This document shows, in pieces, positions 1-14,431 of a stretch of DNA of 64,000 nt; positions within the stretch are counted from its first letter, which is position 1; each line of letters starts with the position of its first letter. The DNA comes from Neocallimastix sp. 'constans' (Eukaryota), in the NCBI GenBank assembly GCA_050613775.1, contig JBODTK010000154.1, positions 248,001-312,000 of the forward strand. The letters run 5' to 3'. Position numbers and translations under genes: made by a program. Under the pieces are notes generated by a model that saw only the letters and a program-made list of their open reading frames with translations, searched no databases and was not told the origin of the DNA.

Positions 1-180
1 ATGATTTATAAATAATTTTGGAATATTATATTATAGTTTAAAAATAAATGAGATCAAAAGAAGGATAAAATTTATATAAAAAAAATTTATATTATATATA
101 AATATTATCCATGGATTATGGTAATTAATAAACAAATAAATAATTACGGATTAAAAAATTTGCAATAATTATGGTAATAC

Positions 181-383
181 AAAAAAAAAAAAAAATTAGT
201 AGTACTCTTGAGTTACTCTTTAATTGGTAAGAAAAAAAAATTAATAGTACTCTTGAGTTACTCTTTAATTGGTAAGAAAAAAAAAATTAGTAGTAACTCT
301 TGAGTTACTCTTTAATTGGTAAAAAAAAAAAAATTAGTAGTACTTTTGAGTTACTCTTTAATGGGTAAGAAAAAAAAAAAAAA
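181..383. repeat. Four tandem copies of a ~36-bp unit (TTAGTAGTACTCTTGAGTTACTCTTTAATTGGTAAG) separated by A-runs
   Basis: Units start at about 196, 241, 287 and 334, differ by 1-2 bases, and are each bounded by A-runs of roughly 9-15 nt. Confidence 0.9.
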
Positions 384-477
384 CCTTCACAACCAATAGA
401 GTCAACGACGAAATCGATATGGTATAAAAAAGAACCCTCTTATGACTAGTCCTTCCAATTCCATCTTACACATGAAC

Positions 478-660
478 AAGTAATAATCATTCTTTACACA
501 ATGAAATCTACGAAGAAAATAAGTCTTCTGATAATATTTTCTCTTGGTTCGAGAAAGAGTTACCATACCACACTATCCACTCTACAAATGTTACTTCTTT
601 GTTTTATTTTAGTAAATATTTTAGGTAGAAATGATCTCTATTCATATCATTACACTATAA
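478..660. repeat. Dispersed repeat, with a diverged second copy at ~56355-56520
   Basis: Shared blocks AATAATCATTCTTTACACAA, ACACTATC and TACAAATGTTACTTCTTT occur in the same order in both places. Confidence 0.7.
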
Positions 661-807
661 TTACTTTTTCATTGTATTACAATAATTTTAATTTTTTATT
701 AAAATTTAATATATTTATATTATATTTCTACATTTTAAATGTTAATTTTTTTTTTAATCATTCATGAATAAAACAATGGAAGTGTATTCTATTTATAGTC
801 AAAAAAA

Positions 808-840
<33 letters not shown>

Positions 841-1923
841 CTTTTTTTTTTTTTTTGTCGTTTTATATTAAATTAAAATAATGAAATTATTTTTATTATT
901 TTTTAATTCAATGTTTATTATTTTTTTTATTAATAAATTATTCTTTTTTTTCATGGAACTTCTTCATGCTATTTTAATGAAGCTAACAAAAAAAAAAAAA
1001 AAATAATAATAAAAATAAAAATAAAAATAAAAATAAAAATAAAAATAAAAATAAAAATAAAAATAAAAAAAATAAAATTATTAATAAAAATAGAATTATA
1101 AAAATTCCAAAATTGTATATATTTCAGATTTTTTTTTTTTTTTTTTAATACAAAAACATTATTTAGTGATCTTAACGAATTTAAGAAGCCTAAAATTTTT
1201 ACAATCTGTCAAATTATTAATTGAAGCTGAAAAAAAAAAAAAAAAAAAAAGTTTGTCAAATATTTTTAAGAGTTTTTAATTAATAATATGACCTCCAAAA
1301 ATTTTATCCATTTCAAATTTTTAAAGAACGCCTAAAAAATATGAATTGTTATTATCATTAATTCAATATAATTATATATACATGTATAATAGTAATAATA
1401 CTGAAATTAATATAAACCCTAATTTACTAATAAATTAATTTTTATTTTTTATATTATTAAATTAAATTATATATATATATATATAAAATTCATTCCATAA
1501 AGAAAAAAAAAAAAAAAATTAGACCATCCCCAATCTCTAAAATAGGTGATGTAGTCTTTTATTAAACATTTTTTTTTTTTTTAAATAAAGAAATATATAT
1601 ATATATATATATATTTCTTTATTTATAACATTTTATACATAAAATAAGGAAATTTTAAAACAAAAAAAAATTAATACATCCCTTATATGATAAATTAATT
1701 ATTGATAAATATATTAAATTAAATTAAAAATATGTAAAAAAAAAAAAAAAAAATGTTAAAGATAAAAAATTAAAGTAAAAAGGAAGACATTAAATATAAA
1801 ACTTTATAAAGATTAAATTTTATAAATATAGAAAATAAATATATTAATACTTTAATAAAATGAAAAACAAAAAAAATAATAATAATAATAAAAATTAGGA
1901 ATAAACTTTATTTATTAAAAAAA

Positions 1924-1955
<32 letters not shown>

Positions 1956-2464
1956 TAAAAATAAAAATAAAATATAATGAAATTTTTTATATTAGTATTA
2001 AAACATTCTCTTGACAACGGTAGGTCTAATTCATATACAAATTGATCATAATGGTGTTAATAAAAAAAAAATCATTCATCACATTTTTGTTGACATAACA
2101 TTAATAAGGAATTCTGAAAAGCCCCACCACCACAAAATATGAAATCAAGAAAGAAGACTCTCTCGAAGATGAATGAAATGATATTATTAAATAAACCGTC
2201 TTCTTTCCCCAGAACCTATCTTTTTAAAGATATTATAAATTACATTAAAAAACTACACTTTTAATAAAAAGATATACCGCCTACTGAGAATTGAAACTTT
2301 AATCAGAAAATGTAAATAAATTATTTAAAAAATAAAAAAAAAATAAAATTTCTTTTATAAAATATAATATCATATATTTATATATATTTTAAAAAAATTT
2401 TTTTTTTTTTTTATATATATATTTATTTTATTTTATTTTTTTATAATTAATCATAGGATAAAAT

Positions 2465-2502
<38 letters not shown>

Positions 2503-2899
2503 ATATTTTATTTTTCTTTTCTTTTCTAATAAAATAGTATTATTATATTAATTACTATTTATAGAAAATAATAAAAAGAATAATAAAAATAATGTATTTA
2601 ATAAATGATAAAAAGAAAATATACATCTTTTTTTGTTTTTGTTTTGTTTTGTTTTTTCGTTTTTTCGTTTTTTCGTTTTGTTTTTTGTTTTTTGTTTGTA
2701 TTTATTTTTAATTATTTTAATAAAATTTATTTTATTTTATAAACTATTAATATTTATAATTTATATAAAAATAAAATTTTATCCTATATTATTTTTTATT
2801 ATAATTAATAATATTAATATATTATATATTTTAATATTGATTTATATTATTATTATTATTATATTTTTATTGTGTTTTACGTTTTATTATTTATGATTT

Positions 2900-2940
<41 letters not shown>

Positions 2941-3161
2941 TTATATATAATTTTAAATGATGAAATTTTAAAATAATTAAAATAAAAAACTATTGTTGTT
3001 TATAAATTATTAAATTATTAAACCCATCATTAAAAAATCTATTATAATTATTCTTAAAAAAAAAAATAATAATAATAAAATAAAAATAAATAAAAATAAA
3101 AATATTTATTTATTTTTATCTTTTTTTATTTTATTTTATTTTTTATTATTTTTTTTTTCAC

Positions 3162-3192
<31 letters not shown>

Positions 3193-3437
3193 TATTTTAT
3201 TTTCTTCTCTTTCATTTTTTAAATTTATTACCATAAAACCATTATTATTAATTTAATGATATCGTAGTCTTTTTTTTTTTTTTTTTTAAAGTATTTTACT
3301 ATATATAACTTAATATATATATATAAAGAAAAAAAAAAAAGTTATGATGATTTTACTATATGTAATAAGAATTTCAAGAAATATATATGTTATAATTTAA
3401 ATAAAAAAAAAAAAAACTTTTTTTTTTTTTTTGATTA

Positions 3438-5606
3438 TTAAAGAATATTTGGTATAAAAGCCCAAACAGTACCAATAATAGCAATACAAGTAGAAACAAC
3501 AATAATAATTTTATTTATTATAATTTCCTTTGGACTTAATTTACCCTTATATAATACACTATAACACATACATGGGAAGATAACACAAATAATCATAGAG
3601 AATAATGATCCAAGAAGACAAAGAACTTGATGGAATTCTGGGAATACAATAGCAACAAAGACTACTAAGAAAGAAATGAAAGTTCTTCCAGAAAGTCTTA
3701 TAATTTCTCTTATTCCTGATGGAAGACTATCGACTAATGGAGCATAGATTTGTTCAACATTTGCATTTAATGGAATTAAATTTACACCATACTTTGTAAT
3801 TGGATTAATAACCATCAACCAAATAGTTAAACGATTCACAAATCTACTATAAACAGGAACTTCAGCAATATTTTGTGTAATTTCTGGTAATGTTTTTTCA
3901 CCAAACATAGCATAACCAGCAGCAGCAACTAATAAGTAAAGAAGGAAAGTAAGACCATAACTGATATTAACGACTTTATTAAATTTTCTTGGTTCTCTCA
4001 TATCATGATAAATAGTTGGGAATACAGAGTGACCACTGAAACCAGCCATAAGAATACCAATAGTAAGAGGTACACGCATAAGATTAACTGGTAACAAATA
4101 AGTTTCTGCTGGTGTAATTAAAGAACCTGGAGCATCTTCCTTACTGAAACCATCATAGAATAAAATAGTAGCTAAATTGGCAATGGCGAAAATACCAATA
4201 AGCGAACCCCAAGCTAAGGCACCTAAATGTTTTGGATAGGTAAGTGGGGTAATTAAGAAGAAGGAAAGAACCTTAATCATTGTACCATTTAATCCTGGGA
4301 AAAGAGCTACTAAGGAATCAGCAATTAAGATAATTAAAGAAACTGAACAGGCAAATAATTCAAAACTGAAAAATAAAGATATAAAAACGTAACCCTTTTT
4401 ACCATAAGCAGCATATCCAATTTCAGAATAGTTGGTTAAATTATTAATTCTCATACATTTACCCAATAACTTTGCCGTATGCATAGTTAATAAGGCAAAG
4501 AAAACTAACATAATTACACCGACTAGCCATCCAGTTAAATAGAAAGCAAATGGGAAAGAAATTAATCCAATACCCATTAAAACATTAACAGAATTGAAAC
4601 ATGATTGAGTGAATGTAGATTTTGTCTCTAAATCTTCTGGTTTTGGAATTAATAAAGCATTTTCATTATCTTCATTTTCAGAAACTTCAATTACCTCAGT
4701 ACTTGGATCAGCTCCAGCATTACTTTCTGGCTTTAATTCCGTAGTCGCTTCTTCATCATAATTCATTATGGATTCATAGTTATAATCCAATGGAACACCT
4801 TCTTCTTCGGCATAATATTCTGGATGCTTCTTTCTATTCTTAATCTTCTTACGATAGGCTTTTAAACTTGGTGGAATTTCACTGTAGGTCATTGTCATAG
4901 CTTCCATTTTAGTATTTAAAGTCTTTTTGTAAGATAAAGCCCAATCATCAATACTTTTACTATAGTCTTTAAAACTTTTAGCACTTCTACTTAAATCATC
5001 ATTATGAACAGGTAAACTCATATAACCTTCATAATGATTTTGCTTTTTCTTATGAATAGCAATACTACTTGAATTTTTACTATTATCTTGAATAAAACTA
5101 TCAAAGCGAATAGATTCTTTTTTTCCTTTTGTTGATTCACTTATTTCAGATTCGGATTCAGTTTCAGTTTCAGATTCTTCAGTTTCAGATTCAAATCTTA
5201 CAGAAACTGGACGTTCAACTTCTTCTAAAACATCCTTTTTTTGTTCATGATTTTTCTCTAATGAATCATCATTAGATTTTGACTTATTTGAAGAGCCAGA
5301 TGAGTTAGAGTATCCATTAACTTTTTGAGCTTTAAGGAAATCCATTACTCTACTGTTTTTATCAAGACTAGAGTAAGATGGTGATGGGGTTGGATATTTC
5401 GACTTTTTATTAGTTCTTGAATTATGATTATTATTAAAATAAGCATCTAAATTGTTGTTCTTTTTACTACTACTTGAATGGCTACCAACAGAACTACCAT
5501 TTGAGGTTAATTCACTTGCACCATTTTCAACAGCTCCTTTAATATTTGGAATATTGATATTATCTTCTGCCGCAATGGCTTCATTATATTCATTAAAAGA
5601 ACTCAT
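3438..5606 (-). CDS. Vacuolar amino-acid transporter (Aa_trans/AAAP family, Avt1-like), intronless
   Basis: 722-aa ORF with a long hydrophilic N-terminus, then STFTQSCFNSVNVLMGIGLISFPFAF, GFSGHSVFPTIYHDM, INPITKY and about 11 hydrophobic segments. Confidence 0.9.
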   Translation of the reverse strand: MSSFNEYNEAIAAEDNINIPNIKGAVENGASELTSNGSSVGSHSSSSKKNNNLDAYFNNNHNSRTNKKSKYPTPSPSYSSLDKNSRVMDFLKAQKVNGYSNSSGSSNKSKSNDDSLEKNHEQKKDVLEEVERPVSVRFESETEESETETESESEISESTKGKKESIRFDSFIQDNSKNSSSIAIHKKKQNHYEGYMSLPVHNDDLSRSAKSFKDYSKSIDDWALSYKKTLNTKMEAMTMTYSEIPPSLKAYRKKIKNRKKHPEYYAEEEGVPLDYNYESIMNYDEEATTELKPESNAGADPSTEVIEVSENEDNENALLIPKPEDLETKSTFTQSCFNSVNVLMGIGLISFPFAFYLTGWLVGVIMLVFFALLTMHTAKLLGKCMRINNLTNYSEIGYAAYGKKGYVFISLFFSFELFACSVSLIILIADSLVALFPGLNGTMIKVLSFFLITPLTYPKHLGALAWGSLIGIFAIANLATILFYDGFSKEDAPGSLITPAETYLLPVNLMRVPLTIGILMAGFSGHSVFPTIYHDMREPRKFNKVVNISYGLTFLLYLLVAAAGYAMFGEKTLPEITQNIAEVPVYSRFVNRLTIWLMVINPITKYGVNLIPLNANVEQIYAPLVDSLPSGIREIIRLSGRTFISFLVVFVAIVFPEFHQVLCLLGSLFSMIICVIFPCMCYSVLYKGKLSPKEIIINKIIIVVSTCIAIIGTVWAFIPNIL

Positions 5607-6802
5607 TTTTCTTTTTATTAATTATCTATATTTAATTTTTTAAAATAAAAATATAAAGATAACTATTCCTAATAAATTAATAATAATAGAGTAGCTTATA
5701 GCTTTTTATTATAAATAAATTACTATATTTATGAATTCTTTTTTTTAATTATATATACTTTATAATTAAAAAAAAATTAAATTATTTATATACAATTAAA
5801 TATATATATTAAACAAAATATTTATTATGAATATTTAAATTATTGCAATTCTTTTTAAGTATAATATATATTGTTAATATTTTAATAATATCGATTAAAT
5901 TTAAAATAATTTAACATTAAAAATGTTAATATTTTAATATAATTTATGAATTATGATTCTATATATAATAATATATATTTTTTTAGTAAAAGTCAATTTT
6001 AATAGAATATAACCTATTAAAACTATAATTCTGTATAATAAATATATATATTTTTTTTATTTATTTATTCGATATAAAATTTTATGTTTTGATATTTTTA
6101 ATTTATATATAATTAATAATATCAATAATATTATGTTTGTTAATTTTTCTTTTCTTTTTCTTTTGTTTATTTTTTATTACTTTAATTGATATTATTTATA
6201 TTATAATTATTTATGTTTTTTTTTTTTTTTTTTATTTATTTATTTATTCTTTATTTCTTTTTTATTGTTTTTATTTTTTTTTATTTCTTTTAATCTTATT
6301 TAATTTTTTAATATTTAATTTTTTAAATTTTTATTTATTTTATATTTTTTCTTACTTTTATTTATATTATTTTTAATTTGATTTTAATTATATTTTATTG
6401 AATTATTATAAATCTTTTAATACGATTTAACGATTTTAATATTATTGTATAATAATATACTTGTTCTACGTTAATATTTCACTATTATTTTTATATAATT
6501 ACGAAGTGGTTTACTTTTTCTAATATAGCAAATTGCAAAATATAATATATCAAAAATATATTATATTTTAAAGTAATCACAACTAATACTATATAAAATA
6601 ATGTGTTATTTAAAAAAAAAAAAAAATAAAGACTATATAATTATCAATAAATTATACAAATCATTCATTTATTTGTTTTTTTTTTAAAAATATTCTAAAA
6701 ACTATATAATTATTTTTAAAGTAAAAAAATTTTTTTTACTAATATATATTTTGGTTCTTTTCCTTTTTATATTAAAAAATCTTTAATTATCAAATAAAAA
6801 AA

Positions 6803-6840
<38 letters not shown>

Positions 6841-7617
6841 GTAAAATCTATTAAATTATTTTTTTTTTAATATATTGTAAAGCACTATTTAATATTTAAT
6901 TAAGCTAATATTTTAATGATATATTAGCAATACAAATCATTATTATTAATTATATATAATATTCTATTTTAATAAAATAAAATAAAATTATACTAAGCAT
7001 TTTAATTATTCATACGATTATTGTATTAGTATTTAAATACTTTTTTTTTTTTTTTTTATTATCTTTAAATTATTAATTATTATTTATAAATTATTAATTA
7101 TTATTTATAAATTTATGATTTAATTTCTTTAAACTCTTATCTTTTTTTTTATTTTATACTTCAATAGTATTATTTTTTTTTACATTATTTTATAATAGTA
7201 AAATATATACAACTTTTTTCTTATACCAACAAAATATTTATATTATTAAATTTATTTTTTTTTTAAAAAAATAATATTTTATAATGATATATTTATTCTT
7301 TTATTATTATTAATTGTTTATTAATAAATGCTCTTATTATTAGATTATTAGTATTATTTATTTATTTATTTATTATTTATTATTTATTAATTAATGCTCG
7401 TCTTATTTATTATTTATTTATTTCTTAGTAAATGTTCTTATTATTATTTTATATTTATTATAAATTTTTATTATAATGAAATTGATTTTGTAATATATAT
7501 TTAATATATTATATAATATACATTTAGTTCTACTTAATTAAATTCAAAAGAATTATATTATTAAAATAATGCGTATAATAAAAAATTTCAACCAGCGAAC
7601 CAAAACTTTCATAACAA

Positions 7618-7651
<34 letters not shown>

Positions 7652-8575
7652 CAAAATAAATTAAATGTAATACAATTTAATATAATACATTATGATATAT
7701 ACAACAATATATAATTTATAAAAAATAAAGTTGAAGATAAGATACTCCATCAATTCAATATACTTTTAAATATATATATATTCCTTATTTATTATTTATT
7801 TATTTAATATATTTACCAATATAATAGCAATATATTGTTTATAATTGATAAGTAAAATAAAATATTAGAAAAAAAATAAAATTAAAATTAAATATTATCA
7901 TATTAAAAAAAAAATAATAATAATAGATTAAATTAACTTTGGAAATCTAAGTTTAAATGATAAAAAATATATAAAATATATAAAGTATATAAATAGATAA
8001 AATAGATACCTTTATTAAAATATAATTTAATATATCTATGTAATATAGATTTTCAATTAAATAAATTAAATTATGAGTATAAAAGAGTCTCAAACTTAAT
8101 AAACAATTATTAAGAATATGGAAGTACAGAATTTATAAAATAATAATATATTTGATATTATTATTTATAAGTATTAAATAGAATAATTATATATTGAAAT
8201 GGTTATATTACCCTATATAATAAATAATAATGAATAACTATTTATTTATTATTTTTATTATACTATTTATTATTAATAATTTTAATAAATGATATGATCA
8301 TTAATTAAAAGGGTTATGTACTTTTAAACAACGAAAAACAAATAATCATATAATGTGAAGTTATTATGATAAATGAACTATTGGTATTACTATTTTATGT
8401 AAAAAATTATTATCATCATTATAACAATCAATATCACTAAATTAATAATATAAATAAGGAATATAAAATACTAATAATAAATCATTACACTGAAAGACTT
8501 ATTTAAAAAAAAAAAAATTATAATATAATAAAGAAAAAAATAATAAAAATATTAACAATCATTAATATTTCAAAA

Positions 8576-8783
8576 GGGAGAGTTGCATTTCCCCAAATTG
8601 CTTTTCGCCAGGTTGCATTTCGACAAGTAGAGTATTGATATAAATAAATGAATAAATAAATAAATATTAATTCAAAATATATTTTTTTTAAAATTGTTTT
8701 TATGCGATATTAATAATTAATTTTATTTATTGATTTATTTATTTATTTAATAATTTTCAATTTGGCGAAATGCCCAACACCCC
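8576..8783. mobile_element. MITE-like element with imperfect terminal inverted repeats
   Basis: Left end GGGAGAGTTGCATTTCCCCAAATT versus the reverse complement of the right end, GGGGTGTTGGGCATTTCGCCAAATT. TTCAAAA is directly repeated on both flanks, and there are three 15-bp subterminal repeats. Confidence 0.7.
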
Positions 8784-9584
8784 TTCAAAAAAGATTAGAA
8801 CTTATAAATGGTTAGAGGATAAAGTTTAGTATCTCTTTTTAATTTATGTGTCCTTTTTTTAAAAAATAAAAAATTATAGTAACTATAATTTAGAAAAAAT
8901 AATAATAAAAATTTCCTTTATCTTCTTTTTTTCTTTTTTCTCTAAACCAAGTAAATAAAATTTTTTTCTTTTTATATATGAATTTATCTAATTTTAATTT
9001 TGATTATTATATAAAATATTCTCTTCTTGTTTATTCATTTTGATTATCTGATTACTACACATATCATTTACCAACAAAATACTTTACATAGCAAAAAATA
9101 TTAATCTTAAAAAAAAAAAAAAAAAAACTAAATTTAAATTATAAACTATAATAAATAATAATTTTTATTCAAATTAATAATGAAATTATTGTGATAGTAA
9201 AAAAAAATTTTAATTATTATCAAAGTCTGAATCCTCAATTCTAATTCTAATTAATATAATTGCACTATCATTTTTATATAATTTATTGAAAGCAAGGTTT
9301 CCTATTTTAAAATAAGCAATTGAAAGAAAACCATTAACATTAATTCATTTAATAAAAAAAATTTTTTCACATTTTTATATTTTAAGAGTAAAAAATAAGT
9401 TTTAATTATTATAATGGATAATTCTATTAAACTTTTATTTAGAGCATTTGAAAAATTTTCTATATTTGCTTACTATATTTAAATATTCATTATATGTTTA
9501 TTCTAAGGATGATTGGAAATATACATATAGATAATTTTAAAAAGCAAAAAAAAAAAAAAAAAAAAAAAAATCCTATATATATAT

Positions 9585-9990
9585 ATTATTTATTATATTA
9601 AATATTTATTATTTATTATTAAATATTTATTATTTATTATTAATTATATATTATATATTATATATTATTGATTATTTATTATTGATTATTTATTCTTTAT
9701 TCTTTATTCTTTATTATTTATTATTTATTATTTATTATTTATTATTTATTATTTATTATTTATTAATAAATACTCTTTTTATTATTTATTATTTATTATT
9801 TATTAATAAATACTCTTTTTATTATTTATTATTTATTATTTATTATTTATTCTTTATTATTTATTATTTATTATTTATTATTTATTATTTATTATTTATT
9901 ATTTACTATTTATTATTTATTATTTATTCTTTATTATTTATTATTTATTATATATTATATATTATATATTATATATTATTTATTATAATT
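9585..9990. repeat. Degenerate (TTATTAT)n low-complexity minisatellite
   Basis: 7-bp periodicity; this produces the spurious YYLLFII ORF. Confidence 0.85.
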
Positions 9991-12900
9991 TTATAAATAA
10001 ATTTTACTTCATTGATTTTATTGGTTGAATATATTCTTAACTATTTTTTGTTTAATTTTTACCAAATAAAATGTATCTTTTAAATTAATTTTTTTTATTA
10101 AAATATTATAAATTAAAATTTTCATTTTATTATATATACTATTACAATATATATCTGTTTTGATTTTACCAAACTTGTATAATATAAAAAAAAACAATTA
10201 CAATATTTTTTATTAGTAAAACTTGATGTAAATGTAAATAATAAGGATTCATTAGTATAAATATAGAAAGGTTTCCACTATCTAAGTTTTTCATTTATTC
10301 TTAAGAAAAAATGTATTAATAAATAAAGTTTTTACGAGCTTAATTCTATATAAATAAATTTTCATCAGAAAAATAAAAAATGTCCTAATCTTTTTAAACT
10401 AGTATAATTTTATATTTATTATTATGTAATTATAGTAATAATAATAATAAACATACCATTTTATCTTTATCTTTTTTGATATAAACCACTAAATAAAAAA
10501 AATTTTTTTTTGTAATTTTCCTTTTTTTCTTTATTAGTTTTAATATGCAATATCAAAAATATATATATATACTATCATTAAAATTAGATAGAAAAAAAAA
10601 AAAAAAAAAAAAAGATTATAAAAAAAATATGATTAAAATGTTTTATATTATTATCATTTCTTAGTAGAATAATAATTGCTTAAAAAATAAAATTAAAAAT
10701 CACTTATCAATTATCAAATATGGATGCATTATTTCTATTTTAATAAAATAATTAATAAATATACTTTTTTTTTTTTTTTGATAAACCACATTAATAAAAT
10801 ATTACTTTTATTAATAATTTCCTATAAAATAAAATATTTGATTTGTATTTACTTTTAATACTATCATTTATGCAATTAAATTTCTTTAATTATATATACA
10901 TGTAATGTTAATGCATATATATTATTCAATAAACAAAAAGAAAATATCCAAACAAATTTTTTTTTTTTTTATTTTCATTTCATATACTAAAATTTTATAT
11001 ATGTAGAAATAACTAAGACTGAGAAGAAATTTTATTTTTTTTTTTAAATACTTTTAATAATTTCAATTTCTATTCTGGTTTATTGTAACATTTTAATTAT
11101 ATATATTTCATTTCCTTTCTTTATAAATTTTGTATTCCTGATTTTTTATTACCCTATTATTTTAGCTTTTGAATTTATTAATATAATTTTTTTTTTATTT
11201 GGCTTATTTATAATCAATAATTATTTCTATAAAGAGATAAAAACTTACCTCTTATGATAAAGTATCCATATCTTTATTAGTAATTTTATCTTTAATATTA
11301 TCTATTATAAATATGATATTTATATATTATATAAATTTTACTATAGATTTAGTTATTTTATTTATTATTATTATTAAATTGAAATTGAATCATATGATAT
11401 ACATTTATTTTATGTATTAGTTTAATAAAAATTTATTAAAAATAATAAATATTAAAATTAAAATTTTTAACTAAATAAATATTATTGATTATTGATTATT
11501 TTTTATTATTTATTAATATTGTTGTTATTTTTATTATTAATAATAAATTAAGGTATATTAAAATATATAAATTTTTAAATAAATAAATTTAATATATCTA
11601 AATTAGTATATATTTTTAAAGAATATTTATTTAAGTATAGATTTAAAAATTATATCATTAAGGAATACTTCTTTTATTTATAATATATATAATATATTAT
11701 ATATATTATATTTTTTAATACATTCAAAAGTAATAATCAAATTTTATATGAAAGAAGAAATTATTAAAATAATTAATCATTTTTAATAACAAAATGGAAA
11801 AAGAAGAAATATACATGAAACAACAATGGTCATGATAATTATTATTTTTTATTTTTTATTTTTTATTTTTTATTTTTTTTTTGAATTTAATTAATGATAT
11901 TCAGATATTTCTAAACTTTAAAAATAAAAATAATAATAATAATAATAATACGAAAATTAATATTCTAATGAAAATATATTTTGTATTAAAACAATTAACA
12001 TATATATCTTTAATATATATTTTTAATAGCTAAAAGATCTTTTCTCTAAATTTGAAATATTTATATTATTATATATTTAATTAGCCTTAATTATTTTTTT
12101 TTTCATTTTTATCTATTAGACTTTTATTTTTATCACAAATTTTATTTTTATCTTTTAACTTTTATTTTTTAATTTTACTTTTATTATGTTCTATATTTAA
12201 TTTGTGAATATCTTTAGTTTAATTGAATATGCCACAAAAAAAAAAAAAAACATGTGTTTTGCTTTTCTAAATAATGTAAATAATACAATTTAACCTTTTT
12301 TGAATAAGGTAGTAATAAATAATAATAATAATAATAAAATAAAATAAAAAAAAATAAAATAAAATAAAACTAATTCTATAATAATTTATTAAAATTATGA
12401 CTATGCAACCTTTATTTATTTACTTATTTATTTTATGAAACAATGTCACCAATTAGAATGATACAACTTTTTTAGGAAAAATCCAAATTAATTTTTTTTT
12501 ATTTACTCGAAATTTCAATAGACGCTTTCTAACCACCAATAAATAATAATAATAATGGATTATGAATATAAAATATATAAAATATATAAAATATATAATT
12601 TTATTACTTCAAATGAATCTCAATTTTTATTTAATGATTCTAAAAATTTAAATAATCATAAGAATACTTAAAAAAAAAAAAAAAAAAATTGAGATTAATT
12701 AAAGTATTCTTATGATGATTTAAATTTTTTATAATATTAAAATGATTATCATATTATATATTAATTAAAAAAAAATTTTTTTTTTATTCATTTATTTCTT
12801 CAAAAAAAAAAAAAAAAAATAAAGAAAATCGTAGAAGTGGCAATTATTTTAATAAAAATTTATATATATATATATATAATTTTATTATTATTATTTTTTA

Positions 12901-13117
12901 ACTTTAGATTAATCTATAGAAAAAGATAATAATAATAAAAAAAAAAGTAATTAAAATGATATATAGATTTATTATTTTAAATAAAAAAAAAAAAAGTAAT
13001 ATTGAATATTTTTATTTGAAAATCTTAAAAATAAATTTTCAATGATTTTTTTTTTTTTTGTCTATTGCTTATTATATTAATTCTTAATAATATTCAAAAA
13101 AAAAAAAATATAAATTT

Positions 13118-13150
<33 letters not shown>

Positions 13151-13374
13151 TAATAGATAAAGTTAAAAGATTATAAAATAATAATAATTGTTAAAAATTT
13201 AAATTGTATTAGGGTCAATTAATTTAAATGAATAAAAATAAATACTATAGAAGAAAAGATATTGTGTGTGTATGTAGTATTTTAAAATGAATCTTAACTA
13301 TGATTTATCCATACTATATATATATAAAAAAAATAGTTTTAAATTTATATATGAAAACAAATAGATATAAATAT

Positions 13375-13405
<31 letters not shown>

Positions 13406-14043
13406 TATTCTTGATTTATTATTATTAATAATTAATTAAAATATTAAATCAAAAAAACAAAAAGTTTTTTATTTTCTTTCCAAATTATTTTATATTAAAA
13501 ACTTTTTTTTTTTTTTTTTTTTTTAAAAAAAAATATATATATATATAAAATATATAAAATATAAAATATATAAAATATAAAAAAAAAAATTACTTTTAAA
13601 TTATTATAGATATTTAATATTTAATATAAATAAAAAAATGAAACTTTAGTTCAAAAGATTTTATAAATAAAAAAAAAACTTCTAAACTTAATGTAGATAC
13701 AATTGGTAGTCATCAATGATCACCATTTTAAAAAAAAAATCTAAAAATAAAAAATAAATATATATATATTTTATATATATTTTTTATATATTTTATATTG
13801 TAAATAAAAAAATATTTATATAACAACATAAATCTTTTTTTTTTTTATTATTATTATCTTTTTCTATGGACTAATCTATTCTTTATATATATATATATAT
13901 ATATATAATTTAATCAAGTTAAAATAATAATAATAATAAAAAAATATAAATATATAAATATTTTTTTTTAATAAAAAGTAAAAAATATTATTATATGTAT
14001 AATAAAATGGAAATAGTTATGGATAATTTTATATTTTATAAAA

Positions 14044-14080
<37 letters not shown>

Positions 14081-14133
14081 TCTTTATTTATAAATTAATG
14101 TATTTAAGGTGTATTAATATAAATAAAAAAAAA

Positions 14134-14164
<31 letters not shown>

Positions 14165-14335
14165 TGAATTGGATAAATTATTGTGATATTACAAATTATT
14201 ATAAAAATCATTAAAAAAAAAAAAGTTTAATTTATTAATAATAACAATTAATAAATAATAATATTATTAATTAATATTAATAATAATAAAAATGATAATT
14301 ATAATAAATATTAAAAGATCAAACAAAAAAATGAA

Positions 14336-14366
<31 letters not shown>

Positions 14367-14431
14367 ATTCTTTTTTTTAAAAAAAAAAAAATTTAATAAA
14401 TAAATTAAAAAAAAGTCATTTATTATTTCAT

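Noticed and set aside
181..383. CRISPR-like array (36-bp repeats)
   Set aside because: The 'spacers' are just A-runs, the context is eukaryotic, and there are no cas genes.
1985..2310. Slightly GC-richer island, possibly a gene or element relic
   Set aside because: No sustained frame, motif or convincing structure could be read.
5700..14400. Hidden gene in the ~8.7-kb gap
   Set aside because: Near-pure AT low-complexity DNA with no exon-like chain found; only the MITE and a minisatellite are supportable.
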